In this document: positions 9,654 through 19,450 of the stretch, in pieces
Numbering within the stretch: position 1 is the stretch's first letter
How the letters are laid out: every line of letters begins with the position of its first letter
Source of the DNA: an uncultured delta proteobacterium
Lineage (GTDB): Bacteria; Myxococcota; Myxococcia; Myxococcales; Anaeromyxobacteraceae
DNA: 64,000 nt
Direction: 5' to 3'
NCBI GenBank assembly: GCA_963828255.1
Contig: CAWHDZ010000040.1
Span: 1 to 64,000, forward strand
The notes under the pieces: generated by a model
What the model was told of the DNA's origin: nothing
Databases searched by the model: none
Seen by the model: only the letters and a program-made list of their open reading frames with translations
Translations under genes and position numbers: made by a program

Positions 9654-10450
9654 AGCCGGTCCGCGTGCTCCTGCCGGTGGGCTTCGGCCTCAACTGCGAG
9701 GACGAGACGGCCCGGGCCTTCCGCATGGTCGGCGCCGAGGTGGACCTGGTCCACCTCACCGACCTCTTCGCCCGGCGCCACGGTCGGCGCATGGCCGACT
9801 ACCAGGTGCTCGCCATGGTGGGAGGCTTCTCGTACGGCGATCACGTGGCTGGTGGGCTGGTGCTCGCCACCCGCATCCGCGCCCACCTGAAGGACGACCT
9901 CACGGCCTTCCTGTCCGGGGGCGGCCGGGTGCTGGGCATCTGCAACGGCTTCCAGACCCTGACCCGGCTCGGGCTCCTGCCCGGGCCCGGGGCGGGGGCG
10001 CCGGACTTCACTCCGAGTGCAACGCTCACCAACAACGAGCGGCTCGGCTACCGGGACGCCTGGGTCCGCGTCGCGCCCGATTCCCGGAGCTCCTGCGTCT
10101 GGACCCGCGGGCTCGCCGCGGTGGACCTGCCCTCCCGCCACGGCGAGGGGCGCTTCGTGGCCGGGTCGGACGAGGCGCTGCGCAGGCTCGACGCCAGCGG
10201 CCAGCTGCCGCTCCGCTACGTGGACGCCGCGGGCAAGGTGACGGAGGGCTGGCCGGAGAATCCCAACGGCTCGGCCCTGGGCGTGGCCGGCGTGTGCGAC
10301 GCCACCGGGCGGATCCTCGGGCTCATGCCCCACCCCGACGCCTTCCTGTACCCCTGGCACCACCCTGACTGGCCCCGCCGCCGCCGAGAGATCGAGTCGC
10401 GGGAGGCGGGCGGGCTGGCCTTCTTCCGGGCGGGCGTCGAGGGCACGTAG
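9650..10450 (+). CDS. purQ: FGAM synthase glutaminase subunit PurQ
   Basis: GLNCEDET, GGFSYGD, GICNGFQ, HGEGRF, NPNGS, GLMPHPD; GTGA overlap with the purL stop. Confidence 0.92.
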   Translation: MKPVRVLLPVGFGLNCEDETARAFRMVGAEVDLVHLTDLFARRHGRRMADYQVLAMVGGFSYGDHVAGGLVLATRIRAHLKDDLTAFLSGGGRVLGICNGFQTLTRLGLLPGPGAGAPDFTPSATLTNNERLGYRDAWVRVAPDSRSSCVWTRGLAAVDLPSRHGEGRFVAGSDEALRRLDASGQLPLRYVDAAGKVTEGWPENPNGSALGVAGVCDATGRILGLMPHPDAFLYPWHHPDWPRRRREIESREAGGLAFFRAGVEGT

Positions 10451-11725
10451 ATGGCCGGGAACGGACGGCTGCTGCTCCTCGTCCCCACCCAGAGCTACCG
10501 GGCCGACGACTTCCTGGCCGCGGCCCGCCGGCTGGGCGTCCCGGTGCTGGTGGGCACCGACCGCTGCCACCGCATCGAGGAGGCCTTCGGTCCGAGCGAC
10601 GGGCTCCTCTCCATCGACTACCGGAAGCCGGAGGAGGCGGCCGACGAGATCGCCCGCGAGGCCGCGCGCCTGCCCATCGCCGGGATCGTTCCGGCCGACG
10701 ACGGGACGGCGGTGATCGCGGCGCTGGCCGCCGAGCGTCTCGGGCTGCCGCGAAACTCCCCGGCGGCGGCGAGGCGGACGGTGAACAAGCTCGCCCAGCG
10801 GGAGGCGCTTCTGGCGGCCGGCCTGCCGGTGCCCTGGTTCCGCGCCTTCCCGGTGGCCGACGGCCCCGCAGGCCCGGCGGCCACGGTCCGGTACCCCTGC
10901 GTGCTGAAGCCGCTCGGCCTGTCGGGGAGCCGCGGCGTCATCCGGGCCGACGACCCGGAGTCCTTCTGCGAGGCCTGGCGCCGCGTCGTGGACATCCTCG
11001 CGGCGGCCCGGAGCGACCGGAAGGCGCGGGAGCATGGAGAAGGGAGCCGGATCCTGGTGGAGGCCTTCGTGCCCGGCGCCGAGGTGGCGCTGGAGGGGCT
11101 CCTGCGCGGCGGGCGGCTGGAGCTGCTGGCCCTCTTCGACAAGCCCGACCCCCTCGACGGCCCGTTCTTCGAGGAGACGATCTACGTCACGCCGTCGCGC
11201 CACCCCCCGGAGGTCCAGGCGGCTGTCTTGCTGGCCATCACCGCGGCGGCGGAGGCGCTGGGGCTCCGGGAGGGGCCGGTCCACGCCGAGGCCCGGCTCG
11301 GGCCGGACGGCCCGGTGATCCTGGAGGTGGCGGCACGGACCATCGGCGGTCTCTGCGCCCGGGCCCTGCGCTTCGGGGCCGGGGCCTCGCTCGAGGAGAT
11401 CGTGGTGGCCCACGCCGTGGGGCTGCCGCTCTCGTCGATCCGCCGGGAGGCCCAGGCCTCGGGCGTGATGATGCTCCCCATCCCCCGGCGCGGGATCCTC
11501 CACGGGGTCGCAGGCCTCGACGCGGCGCGCGCGGTGCCCGGCGTGGACGACGTCGTGATCACGGTTCCGGAGGGGCGGGAGGTGGTTCCGCTGCCGGAGG
11601 GGGACGCCTACCTGGGCTTCCTCTTCGCGCGCGGGGAGTCGCCCGACCGGGTGGAGGAGGCGCTCCGGGAGGCCCACCGAAGGCTCTCCTTCGACATCCG
11701 GACGCCGTTGCCGACCGTGCGATGA
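10451..11725 (+). CDS. ATP-grasp domain protein (ligase of unknown substrate)
   Basis: YPCVLKPLGLSGSRGVIRAD, LVEAFVPGAEVALEG, HAEARL, ILEVAARTIGG; ATG directly follows the purQ TAG. Confidence 0.85.
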   Translation: MAGNGRLLLLVPTQSYRADDFLAAARRLGVPVLVGTDRCHRIEEAFGPSDGLLSIDYRKPEEAADEIAREAARLPIAGIVPADDGTAVIAALAAERLGLPRNSPAAARRTVNKLAQREALLAAGLPVPWFRAFPVADGPAGPAATVRYPCVLKPLGLSGSRGVIRADDPESFCEAWRRVVDILAAARSDRKAREHGEGSRILVEAFVPGAEVALEGLLRGGRLELLALFDKPDPLDGPFFEETIYVTPSRHPPEVQAAVLLAITAAAEALGLREGPVHAEARLGPDGPVILEVAARTIGGLCARALRFGAGASLEEIVVAHAVGLPLSSIRREAQASGVMMLPIPRRGILHGVAGLDAARAVPGVDDVVITVPEGREVVPLPEGDAYLGFLFARGESPDRVEEALREAHRRLSFDIRTPLPTVR

Positions 11726-11741
11726 GCACCTGCCCGCGGCG

Positions 11742-13157
11742 TCAGTCCCGGTCGGGCGGGGCAACCTGCCCCGCGGTGGGCTCCGCTCAACAGAACCAGT
11801 TCTCGGTGAGGCGCGGCGATCCGGCGGTCGAGAAGGGGCGGGCGACGTGGGAGTGGGCCCGTCCCGCAGCGGCGAGCGCCATCGCCTTCACCTCGGCCAT
11901 GGTCGAGGCAGGGTCGTCCCCACGCGTCGCCGCCGCGCCCACCAGCGCCGCCACCCGGGACTGGAGCAGGTCCATCCGCGGGTCGGGATGCTTCCATCGC
12001 CAGGTGAGACCGGCGGTGTCGATCCCATCGAGCGCCAGCTCCGGGTCGCCGACCAGCAGGGAGCCTGGTGGCACGAGGAGGCGCAGGGAGAACTGCACCG
12101 GGTCGATCCGCCCGAGCCACCCCTGCTCCTCGAAGGTCTCGAGCAGGTCGAGGTAGCCCGCCAGGGTTTCCCAGGGAGTGAAGGGGACCAGCGTGGGGCG
12201 CAGGGGGAGGGCGGCCTCGTCGCAGGCCGCGAAGGCGCGGAAGACGTCCTCCCGGACGTGACCCTTCTCGAGCTTCCCGAGCACGCGATCCGAGAGGGAC
12301 TCCACGGCGGAGACCACGAAGATGGCCCCGCAGGCCGCGAGCTCGGGCAGGAGGCCGGCGTGCCGGACCAGGTGCTCCACCTTGGCCGTGAAGTCGAAGG
12401 TGACCGCGGGGAAGCGCCGGTGGAGCTCCCGCGCGACCCGCAGCGCGTGCCCCGGTCCGTTCAGGAAGTCCGGGTCGCCGAAGGTGACATGGGTGACGCC
12501 GGCCGAGACCTGGTTGCCCACGTCGGAAAGGACCGTCTCCGGCGGGATCGCGAAGAAGCGGCCCCCGTAGACGGCGGGGATGGGGCAGTGGCGGCAACGG
12601 TGCAGGCAGCCGCGGGTGGCCTCGGCGTAGCCGGCGGGGCGCTCACGCCCGTCGGCCTCCCGGAGCCGGGCGTAGCGCTCCGGAGGGGGCAGTCCGTTGC
12701 GACGGGGGACGGGGAAGTCGAGCCTCCCGAGCGTCGCCTCGCCCCCGCCCCGCTGGACGAATCGGGAGAGGTCCTGGCATTGCTCGGCCGCCAGGGCCAG
12801 GGAGACCAGCTCCTCCTCGCACTCGCCGCCCAGGATGGCCGAGGCGCCCGCCTCGAGGAGCAGGGGCGCGTGGAGCGGCGCGTACGTTCCGTGAAAGGCG
12901 ACGATCGCAGCCGGGTTCACGCCCTTGGCCCGTGCCGCGGCGTCGAGGCCGAGCCGCAGGGCGGTGTGCATGGGGACGGAGATGGCGATGAGGCGTGCAG
13001 CCCGCACGCGCACCTCGTCGAAGGGCTCGACGGCGAGGTCCATTGACGCGGGGTGGAACCCGGCGCGGGCCAGGAAGGCCGCGGGCGACGCGATGCCCTG
13101 CGGCTGGTGCCCCAGCTCGTAGGTGGAGACGAGGAGGACCTCTCCCTCGCCCCGCAC
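11742..13157 (-). CDS. B12-binding-domain radical SAM selenoprotein with CUAEP tail (471 aa; Sec at TGA 11789-11787)
   Basis: EATRGCLHRCRHCP (CxxxCxxC); B12-binding-like N-terminus; the frame continues WFC-TGA-AEPTAGQVAPPDRD-stop; SECIS-like hairpin 12 nt after the TGA. Confidence 0.88.
11756..11774 (-). promoter_or_regulatory. Bacterial SECIS element (selenocysteine insertion hairpin)
   Basis: mRNA UGA-GCGGAGCCCACC-GCGGGGCA-GGU-UGCCCCGC: perfect 8-bp stem with a G-containing apical loop resembling the GCAGGU core of the E. coli fdhF SECIS. Confidence 0.8.
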
Positions 13158-13160
13158 CGG

Positions 13161-13439
13161 CTATCCCTTCTTGGGAGGCGGGACGAAATCTGGCGGGAGC
13201 TGGGCTCCCTCGCCGAAGAAGAACTGCTCCGCCTGCTCGAAGAGGATCTTGTTGGTCTTCGGGTCGCCCGGGGCCAGCCGGTACTCGTTCAGGATCATCT
13301 TGAAGTGCTCGAGCCACATCTTCCAGGCCTCCTGGGAGATGGAGTCGAAGATGCGCTGGCCGAGCTCGTTGGGGAACGGCTTCACGGCCATGCCCGGCAG
13401 CTCCCTGCCGAGCTTCTTGCAATGGACCATCCGAGACAT
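13161..13439 (-). CDS. yggX: Fe(II)-trafficking / oxidative damage protection protein YggX
   Basis: [13 protein letters not shown]...[35 protein letters not shown]. Confidence 0.9.
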   Translation of the reverse strand: MSRMVHCKKLGRELPGMAVKPFPNELGQRIFDSISQEAWKMWLEHFKMILNEYRLAPGDPKTNKILFEQAEQFFFGEGAQLPPDFVPPPKKG

Positions 13440-13458
13440 CTCGAGTCCCTGCGGCCGG

Positions 13459-13692
13459 TCAGGAGATGAGCGAGGCGGGCGTGACGCCGAGCGCCTTGCT
13501 GAGGGACTCGAGGGTGTCGAGCGGAGGCGTGCGCTGCCCGCGCTCCAGCATCGAGATGTACGAAACGGACAGCCCGGCCTTCTTGGCGAGCGTCTCCTGG
13601 GAGAGCTTGCGGCGGAGCCGCTCGGACTTGAGGTGCGTGGCGAACTTCTCGGAGAGGGAGGCGGTGCGGCTCTTCTTGGTGGTCTTGGCCAT
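13459..13692 (-). CDS. XRE-family helix-turn-helix transcriptional regulator
   Basis: [41 protein letters not shown]. Confidence 0.9.
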   Translation of the reverse strand: MAKTTKKSRTASLSEKFATHLKSERLRRKLSQETLAKKAGLSVSYISMLERGQRTPPLDTLESLSKALGVTPASLIS

Positions 13693-13742
13693 GGGGCGTG
13701 TCTAACATCGCCTGCACCGAGGGTCGAGGAAATCGGCGGGGC

Positions 13743-14957
13743 CTACCCGGACGGAGCGCGAACCAGGATCACGTCCACCCATTGTCCGCGGCGCAGGCGG
13801 GAGGCGCCCGGCGGGAGCACCGCCAGCCCCTCCAGCCCCACCACCGACGTGAGGTGGCCGCTCTGCTGGGTCTTCAGCCCCTCGACCCAGAGTGAGTCCC
13901 GGTCGCGGCGCAGCCGGCAGCGCAGGTAGAGGGTGAGTTCCGGGGGCTTCTCCTCCGGGGAGCCCAGCCGGGCGCGCAGCACCATCCGGCCGCTCCCCCG
14001 CAGCCCCGCCATGGCCCGCAGCGCCGGGCGCACGAAGAGCTCGAAGGTCACGAGCGAGCTGGCCGGGTTTCCGGGGAGGCCGAAGACCGCCATCCTTCCC
14101 CAGCGGCCGAAGGCCACCGGCTTGCCCGGCCGCATGGCCACCTTCCAGAAGTCGAGGCGGGCCCCCGAGCCCTCGAGCCCGGCCCGCACCAGGTCGCGGT
14201 CGCCGACCGAGACCCCGCCGATGGAGACCAGCGCGTCGAGGCCGCGCGCCGCCGAGAGGGACCGGCGCAGCGATGCCGGGTCGTCGCCGGCGAGCGGGAG
14301 GCGCACCGGGACCGCTCCGGCCTCGGCGCAGGCGGCGGCGAGCTGGTGGCCGTTCGACTCGAAGATCTGGCCGGGGCGGGGAGAGCCCCCCAGCGGGACG
14401 ATCTCGTCACCGGTGGCCAGGATGCCCACGCGCGGCCTCCGGTGTACGGCGAGTTCGGGCATCCCCAGCGCGGCCGCCAGCCCGATGGCGCCCGCGTCCA
14501 CCTCGAGCCCGGCGGCGAGCGCCACCGCGCCCTGGGCGACGTCGGCCCCGGCCCGCCGGACGAATCGCCCGGCTGATGCGGCGCGGCGGAAGCGGGCCAG
14601 CTTGCGGGAGCGCCCCACCTCCTCCTGCATCTCGACGCAGTCGGCTCCGGGCGGCAGCGGCGCGCCGGTGAAGATCCGCGCGCAGGCCCCGGCCGGGAGC
14701 GGCCGGCCACGATCGTCGCCGGCGAAGACGTCGAAGGCCACGGGGAGGCGGGCGCCGGCCTCCGGCGCATCGGCGGCGCGCAGCGCGTACCCGTCCATCT
14801 GGGAGTTGTCGAAGGGGGGGAGCGGCCGGTCGGCCCGGACCTCCTCGGCGAGCGCCCGGCCGAGGGCCGCGGCCAGTGGGACCCGCTCGGGCGGGAGGGG
14901 CGCGACGTCGTCGATCGCCTCGAGGATGCGCGCGAGGGCTTGAGGGGGCGTGAGCAC
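13743..14957 (-). CDS. moeA: Molybdopterin molybdenumtransferase MoeA
   Basis: PPFDNSQMDGYA, RIFTGAPLPPGAD, TGDE, GGVSVGDRD, MRPGKP, GLPGNP. Confidence 0.93.
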   Translation of the reverse strand: MLTPPQALARILEAIDDVAPLPPERVPLAAALGRALAEEVRADRPLPPFDNSQMDGYALRAADAPEAGARLPVAFDVFAGDDRGRPLPAGACARIFTGAPLPPGADCVEMQEEVGRSRKLARFRRAASAGRFVRRAGADVAQGAVALAAGLEVDAGAIGLAAALGMPELAVHRRPRVGILATGDEIVPLGGSPRPGQIFESNGHQLAAACAEAGAVPVRLPLAGDDPASLRRSLSAARGLDALVSIGGVSVGDRDLVRAGLEGSGARLDFWKVAMRPGKPVAFGRWGRMAVFGLPGNPASSLVTFELFVRPALRAMAGLRGSGRMVLRARLGSPEEKPPELTLYLRCRLRRDRDSLWVEGLKTQQSGHLTSVVGLEGLAVLPPGASRLRRGQWVDVILVRAPSG

Positions 14958-15002
14958 CCTCCGGTTCTAGCGGGCCGGAGCCGTCCGTGACAACATCCGC
15001 GC

Positions 15003-17306
15003 ATGCCCAACCGCCCCGTTCCCGAGGTCTCCCCGGAGGCGCTCGTCGCCGAGTTGCGCCGCACCGCGGGGAAGGCGGTTTCGCTGCCCGAGATCCTCTC
15101 GCGAATGGGGGTCCACCCCCGGGCGCGCCGGGCCGCCGCCAAGGTCATGAAGACGCTCGTCCGGGACGGCGCCGTGCAGGAGGTCGGTGGACGGTTCGAG
15201 ATCCCCACCCCGAAGGCGCCCGAGCGCGCCCGGCAGGCCAGGGGGCAGGCGCCGGGGCAGGGCGGCAAGGCGCTGGAAGGGGGGAAGGGGCTCGTCGGCT
15301 TCTTCACCCGGCACCGCGACGGCTTCGGGTTCCTGGCGCGACTCGACCGGCAGGGACCGGACCTGTTCGTCGCCCCCGGCGACGGCGGCCGGGCGGTGGA
15401 CGGCGACGTGGTGCGGTTCGAGATCTTCGGCGGCCGGCGCGGCGAGCAGGCCCGCATCGTCGAGGTGGTGGAGCGCGGACGCCGCATGCTCATCGGGGCC
15501 TACGCGGCCCGGGGCCAGGAGAGCTTCGTCGTCCCGATGGACGAGCAGTTGCCGCCCGTGGTGCCGGTGCCGGAGACGCGCCTCGTGAAGAACGGTGAGG
15601 TCGCCAAGGTCTGGCTGGAGACGGGCTCCGGACCCCTGGCCGGACGGGTGGTCGATCGCGTCCCCAACCCGAAGGCCCCCTCCGTCGAGGTGCTGCGCGC
15701 CGCCTACGGGCACGGGTTCGCCGACGTCTTCCCGCCCGAGGTCGTGACCGAGGCGGAGGCCACGCCGGACCGCGTCCGCCGCGAGGACAGGGAAGGGCGG
15801 CGCGACGTCACGGCCATCCCGCTCGTCACCATCGACGGCGAGGACGCGCGTGACTTCGACGACGCGGTCTTCGTCGAGAAGCTGCCCGGCCGTGGCTACC
15901 GGCTGGTGGTCGCCATCGCCGACGTCTCCCATTACGTCCGTCCCGGTCGCCCCCTCGATGCCGAGGCCCTGCGGCGCGGCACCAGCGTCTACTTCCCGGG
16001 CACGGTGCTGCCCATGCTCCCCGAGCGGCTCTCCAACGGGGTCTGCTCCCTCAACCCGGAGGTGGAGCGGCTCTGCATGGTGGCCGACATGCGCTTCGAC
16101 GCATCGGGCGCCCCGGGCGCGGTGGAGGTCTACGCCGGGGTGATGCGGTCGGCGGCCCGCTGCACCTACACCGAGGTGGCGCGCATGCTCGACGGCGAGC
16201 GCGTGCCGCACCGGGAGTTCCTCCGCGACGGCTTCGTCCGAATGGGCGAGCTGCAGGAGATCCTGGGCGGGGTCCGGCGCCGGCGCGGGTCGATCGACTT
16301 CGACCTGCCCGAGTCCAAGATCCTGCTGGGCGAGGACGGCAAGGTGCTCGCCATCGAGCGGCGCCCCCGCAACCGGGCCCACCGCATCGTCGAGGAGTTC
16401 ATGCTGGCCGCCAACGAGGCGGTGGCCCGCTGGTTCGGCGACCGGGAGCTCCCCACCATCTACCGGGTCCACGGCCTGCCCGACGAGGACAAGCTCCAGG
16501 CCTTCCTCGACCTGGCGCGGGCCCAGGGCTTCGAGGTCCCCGAGGTGGGATCGGGACCGCTGGCGCTCTCCGGACTGCTCGATCGCCTGGCCGGCCACCC
16601 GCAGCAGCGCGCGCTCAACCAGCTCCTGCTCCGGGCCATGATGCAGGCGGTCTACAGCCCGGAGAACATCGGCCACTACGGCCTGGCCGCCGAGCACTAC
16701 CTCCACTTCACCTCGCCCATCCGGCGCTACCCCGACCTGATCGTCCACCGCCTGTTGCGCGAGGCGCTGGGGGAGTCGCCGGGGAGGAAGCCCCGCGCCG
16801 GCGAGCTGGAGCGGATCGCCCTGGTGGCCTCCGACCGGGAGCGTTCCGCCATGAAGGCGGAGCGGGACGTGAACGCCTACTACGCGGCCATCTTCATGGC
16901 CGACAGGGTGGGTGAACGCAGCCCGGGTACGGTCTCGGCGGTGGTGGAGTTCGGACTCTTCGTCTCGATGGAGCGCTGGTACGTCGAGGGGCTGGTGAAG
17001 GCGGAGGACCTCGGCGACGGGTTCGTCCTCGACAAGGACGGCCACGCGCTCGTGGAGAAGCGGAGCGGGCGGTCCTACCGCGTCGGCGACGACGTCGAGG
17101 TGGAGGTCGCCGCCGTGGACCCGGCCCGCCGCCGCATCGACCTCGCGCTCGTGGAGGGTGGGAAGACGCGAGCGCCCGGCGCGCCCCGGGCGAAGGGGCG
17201 CGACCGGGGAGGCGCGAAGGAAGGGAAGCGATCGCAGGGCGGAGGCAAGCGCCCGGTGAAGCCCGGGCGCGCCGAGGCAGGCAAGAAGAAGCGGCGCCGC
17301 CGGTAG
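15003..17306 (+). CDS. rnr: Ribonuclease R
   Basis: HRDGFGF cold-shock domain, TIDGEDARDFDDAV, EEFMLAAN, HFTSPIRRYPDL, S1 domain, basic tail. Confidence 0.93.
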   Translation: MPNRPVPEVSPEALVAELRRTAGKAVSLPEILSRMGVHPRARRAAAKVMKTLVRDGAVQEVGGRFEIPTPKAPERARQARGQAPGQGGKALEGGKGLVGFFTRHRDGFGFLARLDRQGPDLFVAPGDGGRAVDGDVVRFEIFGGRRGEQARIVEVVERGRRMLIGAYAARGQESFVVPMDEQLPPVVPVPETRLVKNGEVAKVWLETGSGPLAGRVVDRVPNPKAPSVEVLRAAYGHGFADVFPPEVVTEAEATPDRVRREDREGRRDVTAIPLVTIDGEDARDFDDAVFVEKLPGRGYRLVVAIADVSHYVRPGRPLDAEALRRGTSVYFPGTVLPMLPERLSNGVCSLNPEVERLCMVADMRFDASGAPGAVEVYAGVMRSAARCTYTEVARMLDGERVPHREFLRDGFVRMGELQEILGGVRRRRGSIDFDLPESKILLGEDGKVLAIERRPRNRAHRIVEEFMLAANEAVARWFGDRELPTIYRVHGLPDEDKLQAFLDLARAQGFEVPEVGSGPLALSGLLDRLAGHPQQRALNQLLLRAMMQAVYSPENIGHYGLAAEHYLHFTSPIRRYPDLIVHRLLREALGESPGRKPRAGELERIALVASDRERSAMKAERDVNAYYAAIFMADRVGERSPGTVSAVVEFGLFVSMERWYVEGLVKAEDLGDGFVLDKDGHALVEKRSGRSYRVGDDVEVEVAAVDPARRRIDLALVEGGKTRAPGAPRAKGRDRGGAKEGKRSQGGGKRPVKPGRAEAGKKKRRRR

Positions 17307-17324
17307 GCGCGCCGCCAACCGCCC

Positions 17325-17558
17325 TCAGCCCCGGGCCTCGGAGGCGGGCACGAGGCGGGCCGAAGCCGGGTCCTCGGTGTCCCAGGAAAGCACCAGGCCG
17401 GCCCGGTCGAGCGCGGCGAAGAAGGGCTCCCACCCGGTGCGTCCGGCGGTTTCCCCGTGCTCGAGCAGGGCGGGAGCGCCGTCCCGGAGCGCCGGCGACA
17501 GGTGCCGGAACCCGGCCAGGTCGAGGATCGCCCCCCGATCGTGCGTTGCGCGCTTCAC
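17325..17558 (-). CDS. Hypothetical protein (77 aa)
   Basis: GTG start abuts the CBS gene stop; host-like codons. Confidence 0.6.
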   Translation of the reverse strand: MKRATHDRGAILDLAGFRHLSPALRDGAPALLEHGETAGRTGWEPFFAALDRAGLVLSWDTEDPASARLVPASEARG

Positions 17559-18002
17559 CTACTTGCCGAGGGCGCTGGCGAAGCCGATGAGGGCCTCGAG
17601 GCAGTTCGTGGTGGTGAGGATCCCGACCAGGTCGCCCTTGGCGTCCACCACCAGCACGCCGTTGAGCTTCCGGTCCTCCATGAGCTTCGCCACGTCGGCG
17701 ATCCCGTCGTCCGGGCTCACCTTGTGCGGCTTGGGGTTCATGGCCGCGGTGACCGGCGTGCGGGCCAGCAGGTAGTGGACCTCCCAGGTGTCGAGGCTGG
17801 TGGCCTTGCTGGGAGTGAAGTCCTTGAGCATCTTCTCGGTCACCACCCCGACCACCTTGCCGGAGTGCATGACGGGAAGCCGCCGGATGTTCTTCTCCTT
17901 CAGCTTGTGGATCGCCTCCACGATGCTGGCGGAATCCTCGATGGTCAGCGGGCTGGGCGTCATCCAGCGCCGCACCTTGGTCATGCTCGGGTCGTAGGTC
18001 AT
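17559..18002 (-). CDS. CBS-domain pair protein (AcuB-like)
   Basis: MTPSPLTI...IRRLPV...VGVVT and a second repeat MNPKPHKV...LVGILT. Confidence 0.88.
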   Translation of the reverse strand: MTYDPSMTKVRRWMTPSPLTIEDSASIVEAIHKLKEKNIRRLPVMHSGKVVGVVTEKMLKDFTPSKATSLDTWEVHYLLARTPVTAAMNPKPHKVSPDDGIADVAKLMEDRKLNGVLVVDAKGDLVGILTTTNCLEALIGFASALGK

Positions 18003-18009
18003 GGCTCGG

Positions 18010-18714
18010 TCAGGCTCCCAGGAAGGCCTTCTTGACGTGCTCGTTGCCGAGCAGTTCCTCTCCGGTCCCGGAGAGTACCACCCTTCCGGTCTCGAGCACG
18101 TAGGCCCGGTGGGAGATGCGCAGGGACTGGAAGACGTTCTGCTCGACCAGCAGGATGGTGGTCCCCTGCTTGTTGATCTCCTTGATGATCTCGAAGATGT
18201 TTTTCACGAAGAGTGGAGAGAGGCCCAGCGACGGCTCGTCGAGGAGCATGAGCCGGGGGTTGGTCATGAGCCCGCGCCCGATGGCCAGCATCTGCTGCTC
18301 GCCTCCCGAAAGAGTGCCCCCGAGCTGCTTCTGCCGCTCGGCCAGGCGCGGGAAGAGCGTGAAGGCCCGCTCGATGTTCCGCTGCCGGTCCGGGCGGGTC
18401 GCCTTGATGAAGGATCCCATCCGGAGGTTCTCGAGGACGGTCATCTCCGGGAAGATCCGGCGCCCTTCCGGGACCTGGACCACCCCCAGTTCCACGACCT
18501 GGTGCGACTCCAGCTTGCCGAGGTCCTTCCCCTCGAAGGTGATGGTCCCGGACTTGGGGCGCACCAGCCGCGAAACGTTCTTCAGGGTGGTGGACTTGCC
18601 GGCGCCGTTGGCGCCCAGCACGGTGACGATCTCTCCCTGGTTCACCTCGAGGGAGAGGCCCCAGAGCACCTGGAGGTCGCCGTAGCTGAAGTCGAGGTTC
18701 TCGATTCGGAGCAC
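18010..18714 (-). CDS. livF: Branched-chain amino acid-type ABC transporter ATPase
   Basis: GANGAGKST, VPEGRRIF, LSGGEQQM, LDEPSLGL. Confidence 0.9.
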   Translation of the reverse strand: MLRIENLDFSYGDLQVLWGLSLEVNQGEIVTVLGANGAGKSTTLKNVSRLVRPKSGTITFEGKDLGKLESHQVVELGVVQVPEGRRIFPEMTVLENLRMGSFIKATRPDRQRNIERAFTLFPRLAERQKQLGGTLSGGEQQMLAIGRGLMTNPRLMLLDEPSLGLSPLFVKNIFEIIKEINKQGTTILLVEQNVFQSLRISHRAYVLETGRVVLSGTGEELLGNEHVKKAFLGA

Positions 18715-18727
18715 GGGGGATCCTCGT

Positions 18728-19450
18728 TCAGACGTGGGCCTCGCCCAGGTAGGCGGTGACCACCTCGGGGTTGGAAACGACTTCCTGGGGCGAGCCCTCG
18801 GCGAGCTTCTCGCCGGAGTTGAGCACCACGATGCGATCGGAGATCCGCATGATGGCCTTCATGTCGTGCTCGATGACCATCTGGGTGAGCCCGCGCTTCT
18901 TGATGTCGAGGATGAGCTCGATGATCTCGTCGCTCTCGGCCGGGTTGAGGCCGCCCATCACCTCGTCGAGCAGGAGGAGCTTGGGCCTGGTGGCCAGCAC
19001 GCGCGCCACCTCGAGCTTCTTGCGCTCGCCGATGGGGAGGCCACCGGCCAGGAAGTCGGACTTGTGGGCCATCTTCACCACCTGGAGCTGCTCGCGGGCG
19101 ATCTCGCGGGCCTCCGGAACCGAGCTGGTCCGGACCAGTGCTCCCACCACCACGTTGTCGAGCACGGTGAGCTTGGCCAGCGGGCGCACCTTCTGCCAGG
19201 TCCGGACCATGCCCCGCTTGCACACCATGTCCGGCGTCATGCCGTTGAGCTTCTCCTCCTGGAAGAGGATCTCGCCCTTGGTGGGCGGGTAGTAGCCGGT
19301 GATGCAGTTGAAGAGGGTGGTCTTCCCGGCGCCGTTGGGGCCGATGAGCCCCATGATCATCCCCTCCTCCATGGAGAAGGAGACGTCGGAGTTGGCCGCC
19401 AGGCCGCCGAAGAACTTGCTGACCTGCTTGATCTCCAGGATGGGGCTCAC
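18728..19450 (-). CDS. livG: Branched-chain amino acid-type ABC transporter ATPase
   Basis: FGGLAANSDVS, GPNGAGKTT, LLDE, IEHDM, VVTAYLG; GTG start overlaps the livM stop. Confidence 0.9.
   Translation of the reverse strand: MSPILEIKQVSKFFGGLAANSDVSFSMEEGMIMGLIGPNGAGKTTLFNCITGYYPPTKGEILFQEEKLNGMTPDMVCKRGMVRTWQKVRPLAKLTVLDNVVVGALVRTSSVPEAREIAREQLQVVKMAHKSDFLAGGLPIGERKKLEVARVLATRPKLLLLDEVMGGLNPAESDEIIELILDIKKRGLTQMVIEHDMKAIMRISDRIVVLNSGEKLAEGSPQEVVSNPEVVTAYLGEAHV

Noticed and set aside
10451..11725. ATP-grasp gene as purD, purK or purT
   Set aside because: Signature motifs of those enzymes were not recognised; only the generic ATP-grasp core is evident
11720..11744. Second TGA followed by a partial copy of the SECIS core (CCGCGGGCAGGT)
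   Set aside because: The stem is only 4 bp and too close to the UGA, and readthrough would run antisense into the ATP-grasp gene; treated as the true stop
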